Shown here: positions 21,353 to 31,713 of the stretch, piece by piece | How the letters are laid out: every line of letters begins with the position of its first letter | How positions within the stretch are numbered: position 1 is the first letter of the stretch | DNA from: Trichomonas gallinae | Lineage: Eukaryota | DNA length: 59,342 bases | Reading direction: 5' to 3' | NCBI GenBank assembly: GCA_008369845.1 | Contig: MRSU01003554.1 | Location: 1-59,342, forward strand | Position numbers and translations under genes: made by a program | The notes under the pieces: generated by a model | What the model saw: only the letters and a program-made list of their open reading frames with translations | The model's database searches: none | What the model was told of the DNA's origin: nothing

Positions 21353-21898
21353 ATGTCAGCAGATGTTTCTGTAATGAAATATTTATGCATTGAATTCAAA
21401 ATTTATTCAATTTTCGATGAATTACTGTGGAAATCCCAGCCTCAACACATTAATCTTATCTATTGGAACAATATCAGTTGGCTACTACTTTGCTGCATAT
21501 GGAAAACTTTCTGGAGTGCAAAAAGTCATAGATCTTGCTAATGAGCCGAAAATTGATGTTTCTCATATTAGCAATTGGTTGTCCCTTAATTCCGTTTATT
21601 ATATGTCGAATTTTGTATTGCTTAAGATTCAAGATTCACGCACCAATTTGCATTTTTCTCTTTTCTGCTCTTCTGGGGATTATTATTAACAACGAATGAA
21701 GAATTATTTATATGGAAATTCATATGTTTCTGCTTCATTACAACAAATGAATTTACGCTTTTACATTTACATTTGTTAATGTAATCATATATTGGAGTTA
21801 ATGCTCCCCAAGATTCAAGTAGCAGTATTCATGACACAGAAAGAGGCAACAATCTTCAAGATGCAACTCAAAACAACAATCTTCAAGATGTTATTTAG
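21353..21898 (+). pseudogene. Possible decayed gene fragment
   Basis: Moderately GC-richer stretch with overlapping short ORFs broken by stops/frameshifts, ending in a coding-like tail (IGVNAPQDSSSSIHDTERGNNLQDATQNNNLQDVI*) that contains a duplicated CAACAATCTTCAAGATG. Confidence 0.3.
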
Positions 21899-22209
21899 GA
21901 TGATTTATAACAAACAGAGTATGAATGTGAATTTCAACTGGTAAATCAAAATGAATGAACTATTTTCTTATAAATATACATTAGCCATATCAATGCAATT
22001 ATATTTTCACATTTTCTCAATTTTTTTTTTATTTTCAATTTATTTCATTTTCTCAGTCATTTTATTATGGAATTTGATATATATTTAAGATTAGCATTCT
22101 ATTGATAGCATTTCCTATAGATAATTTCGTAATTTTTCATTTTGATATTATATTTAATAGTAAATTAAAATAATGTAGACAACAAAAACAACAGATTTAT
22201 ATTGAGCTT

Positions 22210-22839
22210 CTAATCAGCTCTCTTATTATTTGCAAAACCAATATTTTCAAGTCCTTCGAATTTAGGAGCGCAACAGTAGTGATAAGCTTCACAATTCTTT
22301 GGATCTCTTATAATTGGTGGAACTAATGCTCCGAAAGTATCTATTTTCAGTAATTCACCACAAACTTTGCAAGTTCTTGTGTGAATATCTGAGTATGAGT
22401 GGACCCATTTGATGAACATTATTATGCCTTTGTCATCGTATAACTCTTGGAAGTAATCGTAAACTTTACCTAAATATACAGATAAAGCTTTTCCGAACTG
22501 TGTATCACTTTGGAGTAATTCTGATCTTTCCATTTCGGAATTTGAATGTGCAAGGATGTAAATTACATCATTTTCTGCCGAAAAAACAATTTTGAGGATG
22601 AAAGCATTACCAATCGGAATTGCAATTGTTGGGAGAACTACATTTCTAAACACTGGCTTACACTCGCAATATTTTGAAAATTCTTCCATTAATTGCGGAA
22701 TGTCGTATATAAAATGCGGATGTTCAACAATAACATCATGAGAAGACGCGTTAAAATAAAGAGCTATATCTGAGAGATCAGGTCTGTATCCATTTCTTAG
22801 TGATTGTTCAAATGAATTGACAGCAGCTACTAATTCCAT
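22210..22839 (-). CDS. MED27: Mediator subunit MED27 (short form, 209 aa)
   Basis: C-terminus FIKWVHSYSDIHTRTCKVCGELL...PPIIRD....AYHYCC matches the MED27 zinc-binding signature W..SY..LF...C..CG..L....PP..R......H..C. The start at 22839 is preceded by Inr TCACTTTT. Confidence 0.75.
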   Translation of the reverse strand: MELVAAVNSFEQSLRNGYRPDLSDIALYFNASSHDVIVEHPHFIYDIPQLMEEFSKYCECKPVFRNVVLPTIAIPIGNAFILKIVFSAENDVIYILAHSNSEMERSELLQSDTQFGKALSVYLGKVYDYFQELYDDKGIIMFIKWVHSYSDIHTRTCKVCGELLKIDTFGALVPPIIRDPKNCEAYHYCCAPKFEGLENIGFANNKRAD

Positions 22840-22928
22840 CAAGAAAAGTGACTCTAAAATGTGACAATAATAAAAGTGACAATTAAAAGTGCTAATGAAA
22901 TGTGACAATAATAAAAGTGTCAATAATA
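22840..22928. promoter_or_regulatory. 89-bp bidirectional promoter built from tandem AAA(A/T)GTGAC-like motifs
   Basis: AAAAGTGAC, AAATGTGAC, AAAAGTGAC, AAAAGTGCT, AAATGTGAC and AAAAGTGTC lie in series between two divergent ATGs. Confidence 0.6.
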
Positions 22929-23660
22929 ATGGAAACATTTAAAAATAACGAAAATTTGTACAAATATATGCGACTTAAAGAGAAGATGAAAGTTGTTAAG
23001 GCGGAAAATGAAAACTACGTTAAAATAAATGAGCTTTTGCAGCAAGAATTAAATCAAAAATCTGCTGCACTTGAAGCATCATCAAGATCATTTCAAGCAT
23101 TGAAAGTGCAATACGAAGAACTTCTACAAAGACTCACTGAAATGCACTTAACATCATTTTCTTCGTCAGTTTCATCTGACATAAATATAAAGAAAGAAAA
23201 TGACGAAGAAATCATCAGACTTAAACAAATAATCGAAACGAAAGATTCTAGAATAGAGAAATTGGAAGCGGAAATAGCTAGAATGAAAAATAGCGATTTA
23301 TTTATTACAGAAATCTACGAATCTATCAAAGTGTTTAAGCAAAAATATGTGAAAACAACCGAAGTTCAAAACGAAAGTCGCGAGAAATATATTACAAAAT
23401 CAATTAGCGAATTAATTCAGTTATTACAAGTTTCTGAAGAGAAAAGATTACAATCAAATCATCGCATTGTTTCAATCTTAAAGTCCTGCAATAAGCTAAC
23501 AAAATTAGTCTCAGAAGAAAGAATAAGAATCACACAACTTATGAAACAACAAAATGTGCAACAAAACGACGATTTTCTCGAAAGAGAATTCCAGAAACTC
23601 GAAAGATTCATCACAAAAGCAAATCGAAAATATAATATCGTGTATAGTGAAATGCATTAA
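22929..23660 (+). CDS. Hypothetical coiled-coil protein (~243 aa)
   Basis: First ATG at 22929; heptad-rich E/K/Q sequence. Confidence 0.75.
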   Translation: METFKNNENLYKYMRLKEKMKVVKAENENYVKINELLQQELNQKSAALEASSRSFQALKVQYEELLQRLTEMHLTSFSSSVSSDINIKKENDEEIIRLKQIIETKDSRIEKLEAEIARMKNSDLFITEIYESIKVFKQKYVKTTEVQNESREKYITKSISELIQLLQVSEEKRLQSNHRIVSILKSCNKLTKLVSEERIRITQLMKQQNVQQNDDFLEREFQKLERFITKANRKYNIVYSEMH

Positions 23661-23971
23661 TATGTATTTATAATTCGATTTGCACATCGTTATTACATAT
23701 TAACTTTAAGAAATCAATATGTATTTGTATTCTCGAATTTATATCTCGAAAATTTATCTGAGATCAACCTTGAATTTCACCATGAAATTAACATACATAT
23801 GAATTTATATCTGTTTGTTAAATATTTTGTTTTATTATCGTATATATTTTTTGATCAAAATATTATCTATTCTCTTGCATTTTGGCAATTAGATATAATT
23901 ATAATGGATAAAGAATAATGCAGTGATCATTGTGACATGTGCTTAAATTGCAGAAAATTTTCAATTGAATT

Positions 23972-24240
23972 TAAAAAATTGTTTTTGACGAAAGTCTAAA
24001 TGCAAAAAGTGAGTTTTATTTTATAGAAAGATGTAAAATAATAAAAAAATTTTAATGATTTTTAAAAATTGTTTTTTGATGAAAGTTTTAATGCAAAAAG
24101 TGAGTTTTATGTTATAACAAGAAATAAAATGATAAAATATTTTCTGATCGAATAAAAAAATTGTTTTTATTAAAAATCTAAACGCAAAAAGTGAGTTTTA
24201 TAAGATAACATAACCAAAAACAAAATAAAAACGCAAAAAA
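23972..24240. repeat. Degenerate tandem repeat, 3 copies of 91 bp
   Basis: GCAAAAAGTGAGTTTTAT occurs at 24002, 24093 and 24184, each preceded by AAAAATTGTTTTT. Confidence 0.85.
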
Positions 24241-24288
24241 TAGATTCGGTGTCTCAGTGTCAAAACCGTTTTTAGAACTTCGACACTG

Positions 24289-25656
24289 ATGGATTCTTCA
24301 CAGTTCATTTCATCAGTCTGGAAGTGGAAATATGCGGCCTCTTTCAGTTGGAGTTTGATTGTATTCATTATTTTCTTAATATTTTACAGATTTACCAATT
24401 TTATTTTTAATATCAAGACAAAATTTTATTTTCCGATCATTGCAATGATATTTATACCATTGGAAAACATTCTATATTACAGATGCTTGACAATTGTTCC
24501 CAAAATTCACTCAATTTTAACAATGAAAGAGTTTCTTCAGCGATGCGCATGGTTCTTTACGCATTGGCTTTGGAATTCGATCGTTTTAATGCCAATATGC
24601 AAAATTCGTGCAGCATTTTTCCTCGGTTTTATTTTATCATATTTTTTGGTAAATACGATTACATTTTCAGTTTATATTCAGCAATTCGTCATAGCTAGAA
24701 CTAGTCGAAAGGATAGACTCGAAATTTTGAAGGAAACATATACATTTCCAGTAATTCCAATAATTGTTCTTACGATTGTTGGAGTTTTTTCATTTTCATT
24801 CAATACATTGGTCATTTCTATCGCTTTATATCTAGTTTCCGACATAATTCTTCGCATTATCGAAATAATTGCTGGTGAACCAGTAAGTTTTACTTCAACA
24901 AGCTCAAAACGCTTAATTGACGGACTTAAGTCAACAGGACTTGTCAAGTATTGGGCATACACAGATTTTCTGCTCGCAGCTCTCGACGATTGCAGCCAAC
25001 GCCGTGAAATTTTATTTGATACAAAAGATAACTTATTCCAGAAACTAATACTAACAATCAAAGATGATTTAAGCGAATACGCAAACAGATTCTTCGATTT
25101 TTACGACCCAACAGACGACGGCAGACTTAATATTTCACAGATCAACAACGCAACGCTTACAGTATCAGAAAAGGGCAACAGATTAGTTAACAGGATTGCT
25201 TCAACTAAAATCTATCAGCAAATTAAAGCAAGATACAGAAGATATCAGTCAAGAACAACTAAAAAATACAACGAGTCAAGGACAATTTATAATTCGTTCT
25301 TTGTCATAGAAGCAGTCAGGGCTTTGGATGCACTGATCGAACTGGCTCCAAGGGAAGACAAATATGGTCTTCTTCAAGCACAAAGCGAAGTTTTCGTAAA
25401 TCAGCTTTTGACTGTGTTTAGATCGATAAATGACACGAATTGCATGGTTTTCGCACTTCCTCCATTTAATGGCGTCGTGAAACGCTATAATGATCAGCCA
25501 ATTTACGAAAATTCGCAAGTTTTGACAAACTTTGTCAGAAGATACGTTTATGATACACTTTCTGCCTTCATTTCCAAATACGGCAGCTCTATCGATACAG
25601 GAAGAATTTCCAAAGCTAATATGATCCAATTTAATGTATTTCTCAACCAACAATAA
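24289..25656 (+). CDS. NDC1: Transmembrane nucleoporin NDC1
   Basis: About six N-terminal TM helices, then LVKYWAYTDF..A..CSQRREILF and AVRALDALIELAPREDKYGLLQ, which match the Ndc1 blocks (A..DL......RR..IF and L..L...S..ED.YG.VQ). Confidence 0.75.
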   Translation: MDSSQFISSVWKWKYAASFSWSLIVFIIFLIFYRFTNFIFNIKTKFYFPIIAMIFIPLENILYYRCLTIVPKIHSILTMKEFLQRCAWFFTHWLWNSIVLMPICKIRAAFFLGFILSYFLVNTITFSVYIQQFVIARTSRKDRLEILKETYTFPVIPIIVLTIVGVFSFSFNTLVISIALYLVSDIILRIIEIIAGEPVSFTSTSSKRLIDGLKSTGLVKYWAYTDFLLAALDDCSQRREILFDTKDNLFQKLILTIKDDLSEYANRFFDFYDPTDDGRLNISQINNATLTVSEKGNRLVNRIASTKIYQQIKARYRRYQSRTTKKYNESRTIYNSFFVIEAVRALDALIELAPREDKYGLLQAQSEVFVNQLLTVFRSINDTNCMVFALPPFNGVVKRYNDQPIYENSQVLTNFVRRYVYDTLSAFISKYGSSIDTGRISKANMIQFNVFLNQQ

Positions 25657-26315
25657 AATAGAATATTATCTTTAAATTACCATAATCGTGTATTCTACTC
25701 ACAACAATTCTATCATATATACAAAGCATTTTTTTTTTTCAAAATATATATTATTTTCCACGAGATAATCATCAAACTTCAAGCATCAATGTGATATATA
25801 TATAAATGTTTATAAGGATGTAAATACTAGAATATCTAAGTAAATAAATTCAATAATTATGTAGAAGAAAAATTATTTTGATTGATAAGATTAAAATCAT
25901 TTGAAATCAATATAGGTACACTATAAAAAGGCTATTTTTATTAGAAAATGGACTTTTCGGTTGAATAATTTTTTCAAATCAATAAACAAAGATTTGATCA
26001 AAAATTACATGAAAAATAAAATATATCGATTATGTCTATGGAAAAAACAAATAAAAAAAGCAATTTGATGACCATATAAAATATTTTTTAATTTTCTAAA
26101 CAATTTCGACTATTTTCAATAAAAATATATAGGAAAAGAGGTGTATTATATAGATATACTTCGACACAGGCTGAAATCGCTGAAAATTCCCTGGTGACAA
26201 AAAATCTTGCTTATTTCTTAGATTTTTTGATGTAAAATGATCTAATAGGTTATATAGATATTAATAAACAAAGAAAAGTCGTAATAAAAAAATTACAACG
26301 ATAAAAAAGTCTTCA

Positions 26316-27392
26316 ATGGAGAAAACTCATTCACGACCCATTCTTAGTTTCGGCAAAGTCGTGGGCAAATACACGATTATCAAGTGTATAGGACAAGGCG
26401 GATTCGGTGATATATATCTCGTGTGCGATTCCGAGTCAGATCAGGCTTTCGCAATGAAGTTGGAAATCTCTGAGGCGAGAAAGCAAAGTCTTCATCAAGA
26501 ATATTCCTTCATGTGCGGTCTGCAGGGCTCACCACACTTTCCACACATGATCGAGTACGGAGAAGATGCAAGAAACAGATATCTCGTTCAAGAGCTTTTA
26601 GGTCCTTCTCTCTCGGCTCTTAGGAGATGTTTCCCTGGTGGAAAATTATCTCTACCAACAGTTTTGTGTATTGCGCAAGAAATGTTGCGTATTCTCAAAG
26701 AATTTCATACAAGAGGTTTTATTCACAACGACGTCAAGCCTTCGAACTTCCTCATTCGCCCTGGATCACCAAATTTCCTCGTTTTGATCGACTTCGGTCT
26801 TTCTAAAAATTACATAGATCCTAAAACAGGTCAGCCAATAAAAGTTCGTCAGTTTTCTGGATTCAAAGGTACGAAGAAGTACGCGTCACCAAATGCACAC
26901 ATTGGATTCGATCTCACGGTCAGAGATGATATGTACTCCTGGTTCTACACAATTGTCGAGCTCGCATACGGCAGCCTTCCATGGAGCCATGAGAAAGAAA
27001 AAGTATCGATTATGAAAGGAAAAAGAGGAATTAGAAATACAGAGGCTTTCAAAATAATTCCGCCGAGGTTACAAAACCTTCTTACTAAGATTGAAGACCT
27101 TGGTCTCTTCAGTAAACCAGATTACGATGGATGGATCGACGAAATCGAAAAATCATTCGCAGAGGTGGGCATCGCGAAGCCATCAATCTACGACTGGGAG
27201 ACTCTTGACACGATGTCTGTCATGAGAATCTCAGCAATTCCTCTCAAGATCGAAGAAGGCAAATATGCGATTGAACCAGATTTTTACAGCTTAGCTACAG
27301 ATGATCAGGGCCGTATAACAGTAGGAATGGCTGAAGGCAACGTCAATCCTAAGAAATTCCATCCAGTTTCAAAAGTTTGCAATATTGCTTGA
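26316..27392 (+). CDS. Casein kinase 1 family (CK1/TTBK-like) protein kinase
   Basis: IGQGGFGDIY, AMKLE, ELLGPSL, HNDVKPSN, IDFGLS, GTKKYASPNAH, RDDMYSW and PDY. Confidence 0.95.
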   Translation: MEKTHSRPILSFGKVVGKYTIIKCIGQGGFGDIYLVCDSESDQAFAMKLEISEARKQSLHQEYSFMCGLQGSPHFPHMIEYGEDARNRYLVQELLGPSLSALRRCFPGGKLSLPTVLCIAQEMLRILKEFHTRGFIHNDVKPSNFLIRPGSPNFLVLIDFGLSKNYIDPKTGQPIKVRQFSGFKGTKKYASPNAHIGFDLTVRDDMYSWFYTIVELAYGSLPWSHEKEKVSIMKGKRGIRNTEAFKIIPPRLQNLLTKIEDLGLFSKPDYDGWIDEIEKSFAEVGIAKPSIYDWETLDTMSVMRISAIPLKIEEGKYAIEPDFYSLATDDQGRITVGMAEGNVNPKKFHPVSKVCNIA

Positions 27393-27699
27393 TTTTATTT
27401 ATTTATCTTTCATGTAATTGCGTATGTTTTGGATATATTAATGAACTCAATCTTTCTTCTGTTATAATAAATTGCACTATTTTTCATCTAATTTTATATC
27501 TCAAAATCCGCGGCCAATCATCAAACAATTTATTATAACTACTCGAAAAATACTTAATTCTTCAAAATTTTTTATGCTTTATAGCAAGAATTATGAGCAT
27601 GAAAAAAAATTAATAATTCAGGTTTGTATTTATATTATTTCGTTTATATAACAGGAAAATAATATTATATATACATATCAAGTTCTAGTAATGATATTT

Positions 27700-27870
27700 T
27701 TATTTTGGAATATCGATTATTAGAGTACTAAGGAACCAAAATATATTTATTTTATGTTACAAACCAGCGAATGCTATACATAATTATTTATTATAATCAA
27801 GATTTATTTTTGAAAAATAATATCAATTATTAGAGTCCTAAGGAATCAAAATTTATATATTTTATGTTAT
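27700..27870. repeat. Degenerate direct duplication, 110-bp period
   Basis: TATCGATTATTAGAGTACTAAGGAACCAAAAT at 27711 and TATCAATTATTAGAGTCCTAAGGAATCAAAAT at 27821. Confidence 0.8.
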
Positions 27871-28048
27871 GGAAAAGCTGATACGATGCATGATTTTGAA
27901 ATTTCATCAAGATTAATTTTCCAAATTTTAAAAAAATCGTTCTTGAAAAATTTTAATGCAATTAATAGATTTTATTATAAAAATTCCATTTAATGGACAT
28001 GTTTTTGAGGCAAAATAATTTTGTGCACGTTTAGAAATTTTACTAAAA

Positions 28049-31000
28049 ATGTCTGAAAGTTCTGCAAGCACAACACATTTCGTTAAAAACATATCAGAAC
28101 TCGCAGACTCTCCGACACCTTCAACTCCTTCATCGCAAAGCATCAACTCATTACTTGCCGATTGCACATTTTCGACACCAAATTCATCGTTATCTCCATC
28201 CTACATCGATACACCACGCTCAAACAAATACTCAGACTCGCCAAATTCAGCATTATTCAATACATCGCTAAGCGACGATTATTCACAAGATATTCAATCA
28301 TTTCTTCAGGAATTCAATAAAAAGTTTAATGTTTCAGCGAAAAATATCAGCGAGATTACAGGCATTGTATCCAATTTATTGAATAAGAAAAATAAATCTT
28401 CTGTAGCGCTAGAAAACTTAAATAAGCAAATACAGACTCTGCAGAGCACAAATCTTAAATTAACAACCGAAAGTGATCAGCTTAGATTTCAAATAGCTGA
28501 TTTACAGAGCAAATCTGCAAATGCAGAGCATCAATGCACAAATCTCACAAATCAAAACAATTCTATGAAAGAAACGAACAATGCACTTCAAACAGAACTA
28601 ATCACACTTAAATCATCATTACAGTCAATGCAGGAAATCATGGAAGGTCAAATTAACGATTTACAGAATTTAGGCAAACAAAGAACAGATTTGATAAACA
28701 TTTGCAACAGACAAACCAGTATTTACCAGAAATTAGAGGCATCACTCAAAGAGAAAATGAAAGAACCAGTTAAAAAAGAATCTCCAAGAATTATTAGACA
28801 GAAAGCAGACCCAACAGAGGAACATTATCAATTGCTGGTCCTAATAATAAACATAATTGACAGTGTCTTGAAGAATGATGCTGATCCTTATAAATCAATT
28901 AAAGATGATTCTTCAATTGATCCAAAAGAGAGAATTTTGCGCATTACAAAGATGCTTGTTGAGAATTACAAGCAAAGCAACCAGAAATTCGAACAAATAG
29001 AAAATCAAAATAATAATATCGCGAAAAAGTCAGGATTTTATCAGCGAAAATGTGCAGAAATCCTTTCTATCTTCGAAAATCAGCTAGATTTTCTCCAAAA
29101 ACTGTCGCATAGCACTGATCTTCAAAATGCCTTGTTATTCAAGGAGAAAACAGGCACTTCTTTGATGCTTTCTGATGATGACAAGACAGTTTTAATGAGG
29201 AAATGCTCAAATTTGCGTAAATTCGTTGATGAAACTGTTTCTCAATTATCTCGCGACAAAGTCTCCGAAATCCTCAATACAAGCGACTCAACTGATATAA
29301 TCAAAGTTTTCGACCTTTTAAACAACGACGACTATGATATAACTTTAGCAAAAGTTTTGAACACAATCGAAGACAAAAATGATGAAAATTCTCGTTTGTT
29401 GTTTGATTTGTTCAGAGGTCAGCTATTCATGAACACGCTACTCAAGAGCCATGTATCTGATCTACATATAAGAATTGCTAGAATTGGCCAGGAAAATACT
29501 TCACTAAAGAAAGTTATCCAAGAAACTCACGAAAGAGATTTGATTCCTGTTAAACAGAGATGCGACGATTTAGAGAGGAAATACATGAAGATTAGGTCAT
29601 TCTTGTCCAAGTTCGTCGATGTTGACGATGTTACACCAACAATCACCTTAATAAAACGCGCAATGAACGCCATTAAAAATTCATCAGAAGAAAACAGCGC
29701 CGCTGTAGAAATGGCTGAGAAAATCAAGAAGGAACTCGATAATGTCATCAAAGAGAGAGATACACTTGTTTCTTACCTCAAGAAGTCTCAGAAGCAAAAC
29801 GATAAATCAAACAAAGAATCAACGACTTTGTCAAAACAGACGAAAAGTGAACTGCAGAAAGCGCAAGAAGAATTGTCCCAGATCAAAGAACAATGCGAAA
29901 AATTCACAGATGAAATACATTCACTCACGAAATCCCTTGAAGACAAGAATGCGGAACTCCAGGAACTTAAAGACAGATCAGACAAAGAAAGGAATGAACT
30001 AGAAGACAAAATATTGCAACTTGATGATGAAAGGAAACAATTTGAAGAAAAAGTAAATCTTTTATCATTGCAAATCGAGGAAGACAAGAAGTCAATAGAG
30101 ACACTCAAGAAGCAGCGCTACGCTCTAAAGAAGAAATTGGACCAGACAACAGAGTCGTCGAAGAATGTGACTGAAACAATGGAAAAGCAGCAAAATGTCA
30201 TGAAAGAAAATTATCAAGTGACAATAAATTCGATACAGAACCAATATGAAAGTGCCCTCAAAGACCTTGAAGGGCAGCAGTCTAATATAATGAACCTGCA
30301 GTCCAAGAATCAGCAGCTGACATCGGAGATTTCCAAATTAAGAGTCGAAAACAAAACATTGGAAATGAAAGTGAAAATGTATGAAGGAAAATCAGTTGTT
30401 GACCAGCAAAACATTCAATCGAGGATCACAGCACAAGTAACAGCAGCGCAAATGGAGAATGCAAACATTATATCGCAACTCAAGCAGACAATTGACGAAA
30501 CAAAGAACGCAGTTCAAGAAATATTCGGTGGAAGATTTGTTATCAACAATCTTAGCGAAATCCCTGAATTAGTTCAGAAAGAATTTGCTAGATTGAGCAC
30601 AAAAGAGCTCCAATATGGAGAGCTGCTCGAAGAATACGAGAAAACAAAGAAAGTTCTCGGAATTTCTTCGAATGAAATCAAATTAGACGAAATTTGCTCT
30701 GAGCTCAAAAACAGCTTCGAAGGAATCAAAACACAGCATGAAGAGTCAGAAAAGAAGTATAAACAGAACCAGGAGGACATGGAGAAATTCAGAAAAGAAA
30801 TCAGGAAGACAGAAAACCAGTTGAATCAGCTCAAAGCTTGGGAAAACTGGTCGAGGAGAATTTATTCCGTGATAAACGACATGAACTCAATAAACATGTC
30901 TAATGAAGAGATGAGGTTGGTTCTGGAAGAAGCATTATTAGCAAGTGTATCGCACAGATCAATATTCTTTAGGACAGACATGTTAAGAACAGAGAAGAAT

Positions 31001-31273
31001 TTGATGGTGAAGTTCGACAAGAGAATTTTGAACACGAAGTCAATGACAAAGCCAACACTAAGATCTGTTTTGATTGTTACGTTAGCGGCAAGAAGGATGT
31101 TTAAGCTTGGTGGTGCAATTCCACTGAGCATCAGCGTGCAGGATTCCCCTATGTCTAGCTATACAACACCGAAGAGAAAAACTTCATCTAAGAAAGCTGT
31201 GTCAAGTTTAAAGAAGAAGTCTGCTTTTTACAACAGCACAAGCAAAAAGTCTGTGATTCCAATGTGGGTGTGA
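28049..31273 (+). CDS. Long coiled-coil protein (1074 aa)
   Basis: Ser/Pro/Thr-rich head, extended heptad regions and a basic Ser/Lys tail; uninterrupted ORF. Confidence 0.9.
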   Translation: MSESSASTTHFVKNISELADSPTPSTPSSQSINSLLADCTFSTPNSSLSPSYIDTPRSNKYSDSPNSALFNTSLSDDYSQDIQSFLQEFNKKFNVSAKNISEITGIVSNLLNKKNKSSVALENLNKQIQTLQSTNLKLTTESDQLRFQIADLQSKSANAEHQCTNLTNQNNSMKETNNALQTELITLKSSLQSMQEIMEGQINDLQNLGKQRTDLINICNRQTSIYQKLEASLKEKMKEPVKKESPRIIRQKADPTEEHYQLLVLIINIIDSVLKNDADPYKSIKDDSSIDPKERILRITKMLVENYKQSNQKFEQIENQNNNIAKKSGFYQRKCAEILSIFENQLDFLQKLSHSTDLQNALLFKEKTGTSLMLSDDDKTVLMRKCSNLRKFVDETVSQLSRDKVSEILNTSDSTDIIKVFDLLNNDDYDITLAKVLNTIEDKNDENSRLLFDLFRGQLFMNTLLKSHVSDLHIRIARIGQENTSLKKVIQETHERDLIPVKQRCDDLERKYMKIRSFLSKFVDVDDVTPTITLIKRAMNAIKNSSEENSAAVEMAEKIKKELDNVIKERDTLVSYLKKSQKQNDKSNKESTTLSKQTKSELQKAQEELSQIKEQCEKFTDEIHSLTKSLEDKNAELQELKDRSDKERNELEDKILQLDDERKQFEEKVNLLSLQIEEDKKSIETLKKQRYALKKKLDQTTESSKNVTETMEKQQNVMKENYQVTINSIQNQYESALKDLEGQQSNIMNLQSKNQQLTSEISKLRVENKTLEMKVKMYEGKSVVDQQNIQSRITAQVTAAQMENANIISQLKQTIDETKNAVQEIFGGRFVINNLSEIPELVQKEFARLSTKELQYGELLEEYEKTKKVLGISSNEIKLDEICSELKNSFEGIKTQHEESEKKYKQNQEDMEKFRKEIRKTENQLNQLKAWENWSRRIYSVINDMNSINMSNEEMRLVLEEALLASVSHRSIFFRTDMLRTEKNLMVKFDKRILNTKSMTKPTLRSVLIVTLAARRMFKLGGAIPLSISVQDSPMSSYTTPKRKTSSKKAVSSLKKKSAFYNSTSKKSVIPMWV

Positions 31274-31713
31274 AATATTTATTGTAAAAAATTATGTTAT
31301 TTTTGTTAATTTATTCTATCATGTTTTTGTTGCAAACTTTAATCATATTAACACATTATGTTATATTAATATTATATAAATAAATCAGGAACTTAATACA
31401 CTTATTAAATTCCATTTTATAATTGTTTACCAACTAATGATTAAGGATGCTAAAACGCAAATTTTTTGTGTGTAAAAAACCATCTATTTTAACTCAAGAA
31501 TATAATTTTAACTTTGATATATATGTTAATCATAGATTCCCTTCGTTATATCGTAACGAAATAATTTTTCAAATTTGAACGTGATTTCTAATGATCTGCA
31601 TTCTTATAAATATACACCAAGAAACAGTCTGTATGGATCATTAATTTATGATGTTCTAAGATAAAACAAATAAATTTATTTTCTCGAAAAAAAATAAACA
31701 TCTTGGGCCGTGA

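Noticed and set aside
22839..22938. Apparent overlap of ORFs 22210..22938 and 22902..23660
   Set aside because: Both extensions run through the promoter motif array; downstream ATGs (22839 and 22929) remove the overlap.
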